DNA of 63,629 nt, the filler included, from Collodictyon triciliatum (lineage: Eukaryota), in the NCBI GenBank assembly GCA_043381765.1. It is 12 parts of 12 records of this genome, joined end to end, with 100 filler letters (N's around TTAATTAATTAA, not from the genome) between each part and the next. Parts side by side here need not be neighbours in the genome. Positions count along the whole stretch, not along the records: positions 60,762 to 63,629 come from JBHJMP010005443.1; 11 more parts are not named here. The stretch is one strand, 5' to 3'. Shown in pieces: positions 60,984 to 63,629 of this stretch. Positions within the stretch are counted from its first letter, which is position 1, and each line of letters starts with the position of its first letter. The position numbers were made by a program, and so were the translations under genes. The notes beneath the pieces were generated by a model that searched no databases, was not told where the DNA came from, and saw only the letters and a program-made list of their open reading frames with translations.

Positions 60984-62450
60984 ATGAAGTTGACGTTCTT
61001 GGGGACCAGCGCGGGCATCGGCCAAGAGCATCGACGTGGAAACTCATACGCCTATACGGATGAATCCAACGGAAAATCATTGCTAATAGACTGTGGAGTC
61101 GGGCTCTACAGAAGCCTTCTTTCTCAGAGACTTCCCTTCAAGCAAGGTAAGATAGCCGGGATAGTTATTCTCACTCGCCACCGTGGCCACATGCTCGGGC
61201 TGATCGAGCTCCTCTGCTCTTGGTCGATGGGTCAACGTGCGGATGTTCTAGTCATTGCAGGCCCAGCTGGCCTAGAAAGGTGGATTGTTGATACATGTCT
61301 AGAGCTGGACACCACTTTCCCCTTCCCCGTGGAATACATAGAGTTCCCATCGGGTATGCCCGCTGAGGATCCATACTTTCGCTTCCATGTTGCATCGTGG
61401 CTCATATGTGTATTTCCAGTGCCGCACGGACCCACGCCATCTTTTGGCCTCTGGGTAGCTGAGCATGATAAAAGGACATCCCAGATGCCGGAAAAGTCAG
61501 ACGGGCCGCCGAGTTCCCCAGAAATCTCAATTCCTTCGTCCGTATCGATGGGCACACGCGCAATATTCATAGGAGATACGAGTGGAGCAGTGGACATAGT
61601 GCTTGACTTTGTGAAGTGGTTGGTCAAATCTGCCACCATAATGCACACAGACGAAGGAAATACAAGATTAGTGGATGATACAGTTGACTGCCTTGTTCAT
61701 GAAGCAACATTCTCGGACGAGGATAAGGAAATGGCTGTGAAGAAATCTCATTCGACTTTCAAAGACGCCGTCGATTTAGCAAAGGTATCGAATGTTGCTG
61801 AATATATCTAGCGGAATTAATATATGTGTATAAGTTCTTTATTCTCAGGTTTACCAGGATTTGATTTGCAGATTTTTTTTTCTGACTTAACATGCTATTT
61901 TTAAGTACCTTATTTCACACTTCACATTTTAACCTCTTTTTTTTTTTCGTCATGTAATTTCAGGTCATTCGAGCCAAAAAGCTTGTTCTAACTCACTTCC
62001 ATCCTATGTATCAATCAAAGGATCCAGAGGTTCGACAAGCTCTCCTTTTTATTTGTATTTGCACCTTTTTAATCAACTTACATTTATGATTGCTACTTTT
62101 TTTTTTTTTTTTTTTTTTTTTTATTTTTTTTTTTTTTTTTTTTTTTTTAATATTTTTATTTTTTTTTTTTTTTTTTTTTTTGCGTATTTTTATATTTTCT
62201 GTTGTGGTGCGATAATGAAACAGCTCGAATATTTCTAGACAATCTTTCATTCACCCAAAACCTATCGCTTAAGCTTGGCAAAAGACAAATGTATAACCAG
62301 TCTTGTATACTCAAGGTGATTGGGGATCCGCTAATCAGCAGTATGGTGTCTAAAGCACAGGCTCTTGCTGGTGAAGATATCCAAGTAATTGAGGCTGTGG
62401 ACTTTCAAACAGTCAACATTGGGAGTAGCAAAAAACAGACGCCGATTTGA
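60984..62450 (+). CDS. Short-form RNase Z (ELAC1/ElaC-like) homologue with degenerate motif II; exons 60984-61784, 61964-62029, ~62316-62450
   Basis: LTFLGTSAG, LLIDCG, PVPH, GDT, HEATF, HST and LVLTHF motifs are present. HxHxDH reads TRHRGH. Confidence 0.88.
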
Positions 62451-62737
62451 ACATTCAGAAAGCCTCTATTTTAGCCACTTTGCAGTCCAGACGAACCTCC
62501 TAATAAATAAATGAATAAAATCAACACACAATGATATTTATATATTCTAGGTATATAGAATATATAAAATTCACACAATACATAAATCAGTATCTCGAAT
62601 CAACCCTCAGTTTTTCGATTGGGCGCATCGTTCTTGGCGTGTGTTGGTCGGTTTCCACAAACATACTCACCAAATTTACTTTATGCGATAGGAGTATACC
62701 ATCTTTCGATTGGTTGAACTGGTGCGCTAGTATTCGA

Positions 62738-62794
62738 GGTCTCACCACTTTTTTCACAAAGATTTTGTAGTGATGAAGGCTGCCAGGAAAGACC
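62738..62794 (-). ncRNA. Candidate Fanzor omegaRNA scaffold remnant
   Basis: Nested stems just 3' of RuvC-III: GGUC/GACC, UCAUCACU/AGUGGUGA and ACAAA/UUUGU. Confidence 0.45.
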
Positions 62795-63577
62795 CAACAG
62801 CCTGTTTTTTAGGGAAGGCGTAAGCAAATTTTGAAGGATTAAAAGAACTTTCTTGAGTATACTATTAGCGCTGTTAAAGTCCCTTGTCAAGAATACACTT
62901 TGTTTGCTTTCTGGGCGATTGCATTATTTAAATACGAGACATTTATACAAATTTTTTTGAATTTCCTTTCGGTTTCACGTATTCCAGTTCTTTTTCGCAG
63001 TTACAACACATCTTGGAGGTTCTAAATTCATCTACACTAACTGCTTCAAAACGTTTGGATAGTATTTTTCGTAATCCTCTTCCGATTGTTGGCATAAAAT
63101 GTTTCATCAGAGATTTTCTGCTCCAGTTTCCATACGCCAGTACAACATCCTTGCCAAATGTCTTTTCGATTTGATCCATATACAACTGTTCACTTCCTTT
63201 TGTATTAACATACTGTCTCCATCTCATCTTTCGAAAAGTTACTTGTTTATAAAATCTGGAAAGTACTATCTGGTATCTTAATTTCATCGATACATATTTT
63301 CGAAACTTTTCATAATCGACGTGCATGAATTTTGTTTACTCAGTTCTGTCTCTAAATCGATTAAAGATACTCTTGATGTCTCAAACAGCTGATTCTCTTC
63401 AAAAGTCCTGAGACCATAAGAAACAGCACTTTGAAAATCTGTTGCCATGCATATCCCTGAAGCATTGTATTTTTAATTTTTTCTCTCGCAAGAGTATTTT
63501 GTGATTATTAAGAGATTTGTTATCATGTCTTGTTTGATGTGCCGCGTGACATAATTTCTTACCTGTCTCATCCACCA

Positions 63578-63580
<3 letters not shown>
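62790..63580 (-). pseudogene. Fanzor1 (eukaryotic TnpB-like RNA-guided endonuclease) pseudogene, C-terminal half
   Basis: YMVDETGKKL...ILLREK, ETELSKQNS/VDYEKF, FRKMRWRQY, VVLAYGNWS...MPTIGRGLRK, VDEFRTSKMCCNC, decayed second zinc-finger half CLVFK*C, and RuvC-III TRDFNSANSI. At least two frameshifts, a stop and an insertion. Confidence 0.88.
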
Positions 63581-63610
<30 letters not shown>

Positions 63611-63629
63611 AAAATTTCTCTGCTTTTTT

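Noticed and set aside
60984-63580. Functional link between Fanzor and RNase Z, or between Fanzor and the repeat array
   Set aside because: The Fanzor relic is simply convergent, downstream of the RNase Z poly(A) signals. The array is on a different scaffold and shows no visible similarity to the Fanzor 3' region.

Overview
Eukaryotic DNA, probably from a flagellated, mitochondriate protist. It is not one contiguous locus. Twelve small scaffolds (mostly ~5.24 kb, roughly size-sorted) are joined by artificial 100-nt N44-TTAATTAATTAA-N44 linkers, so adjacency across linkers means nothing. Scaffold contents in order: (1) a ~4.3-kb array of roughly 60-70 modular 50-63-bp repeats with a minus-strand TATA box and five GT-AG intron-like blocks; (2) a Cys-rich protein of 93-aa repeats; (3) an N-acylated DUF4062-NACHT-TPR (NPHP3/TTC41-like) gene; (4) calcineurin B with micro-exons plus Penelope-like and LINE relics; (5) an intronless NLR-like NACHT-pentapeptide-14xWD40-SEL1 gene with HET-E-style hypervariable repeats; (6) a tandem cluster of bacterial-like M12 metalloproteases; (7) a degenerate transmembrane nucleotide cyclase; (8) a LINE relic and a CH-domain gene; (9) a PPEF/rdgC phosphatase; (10) the GCP5 3' end, a TerB-like gene, an ankyrin gene (GC-AG intron) and a mitochondrial CnoX/YbbN-like gene; (11) a Ser/Thr kinase and a WD40 gene; (12) an RNase Z homologue with a broken metal-binding motif, and a decayed Fanzor1 (eukaryotic TnpB-like RNA-guided nuclease) with a candidate omegaRNA hairpin. 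The best leads are the promoter-driven, apparently spliced repeat array, the Fanzor1 relic and the diversifying NLR. All calls come from reading the sequence by eye; no database search was run.
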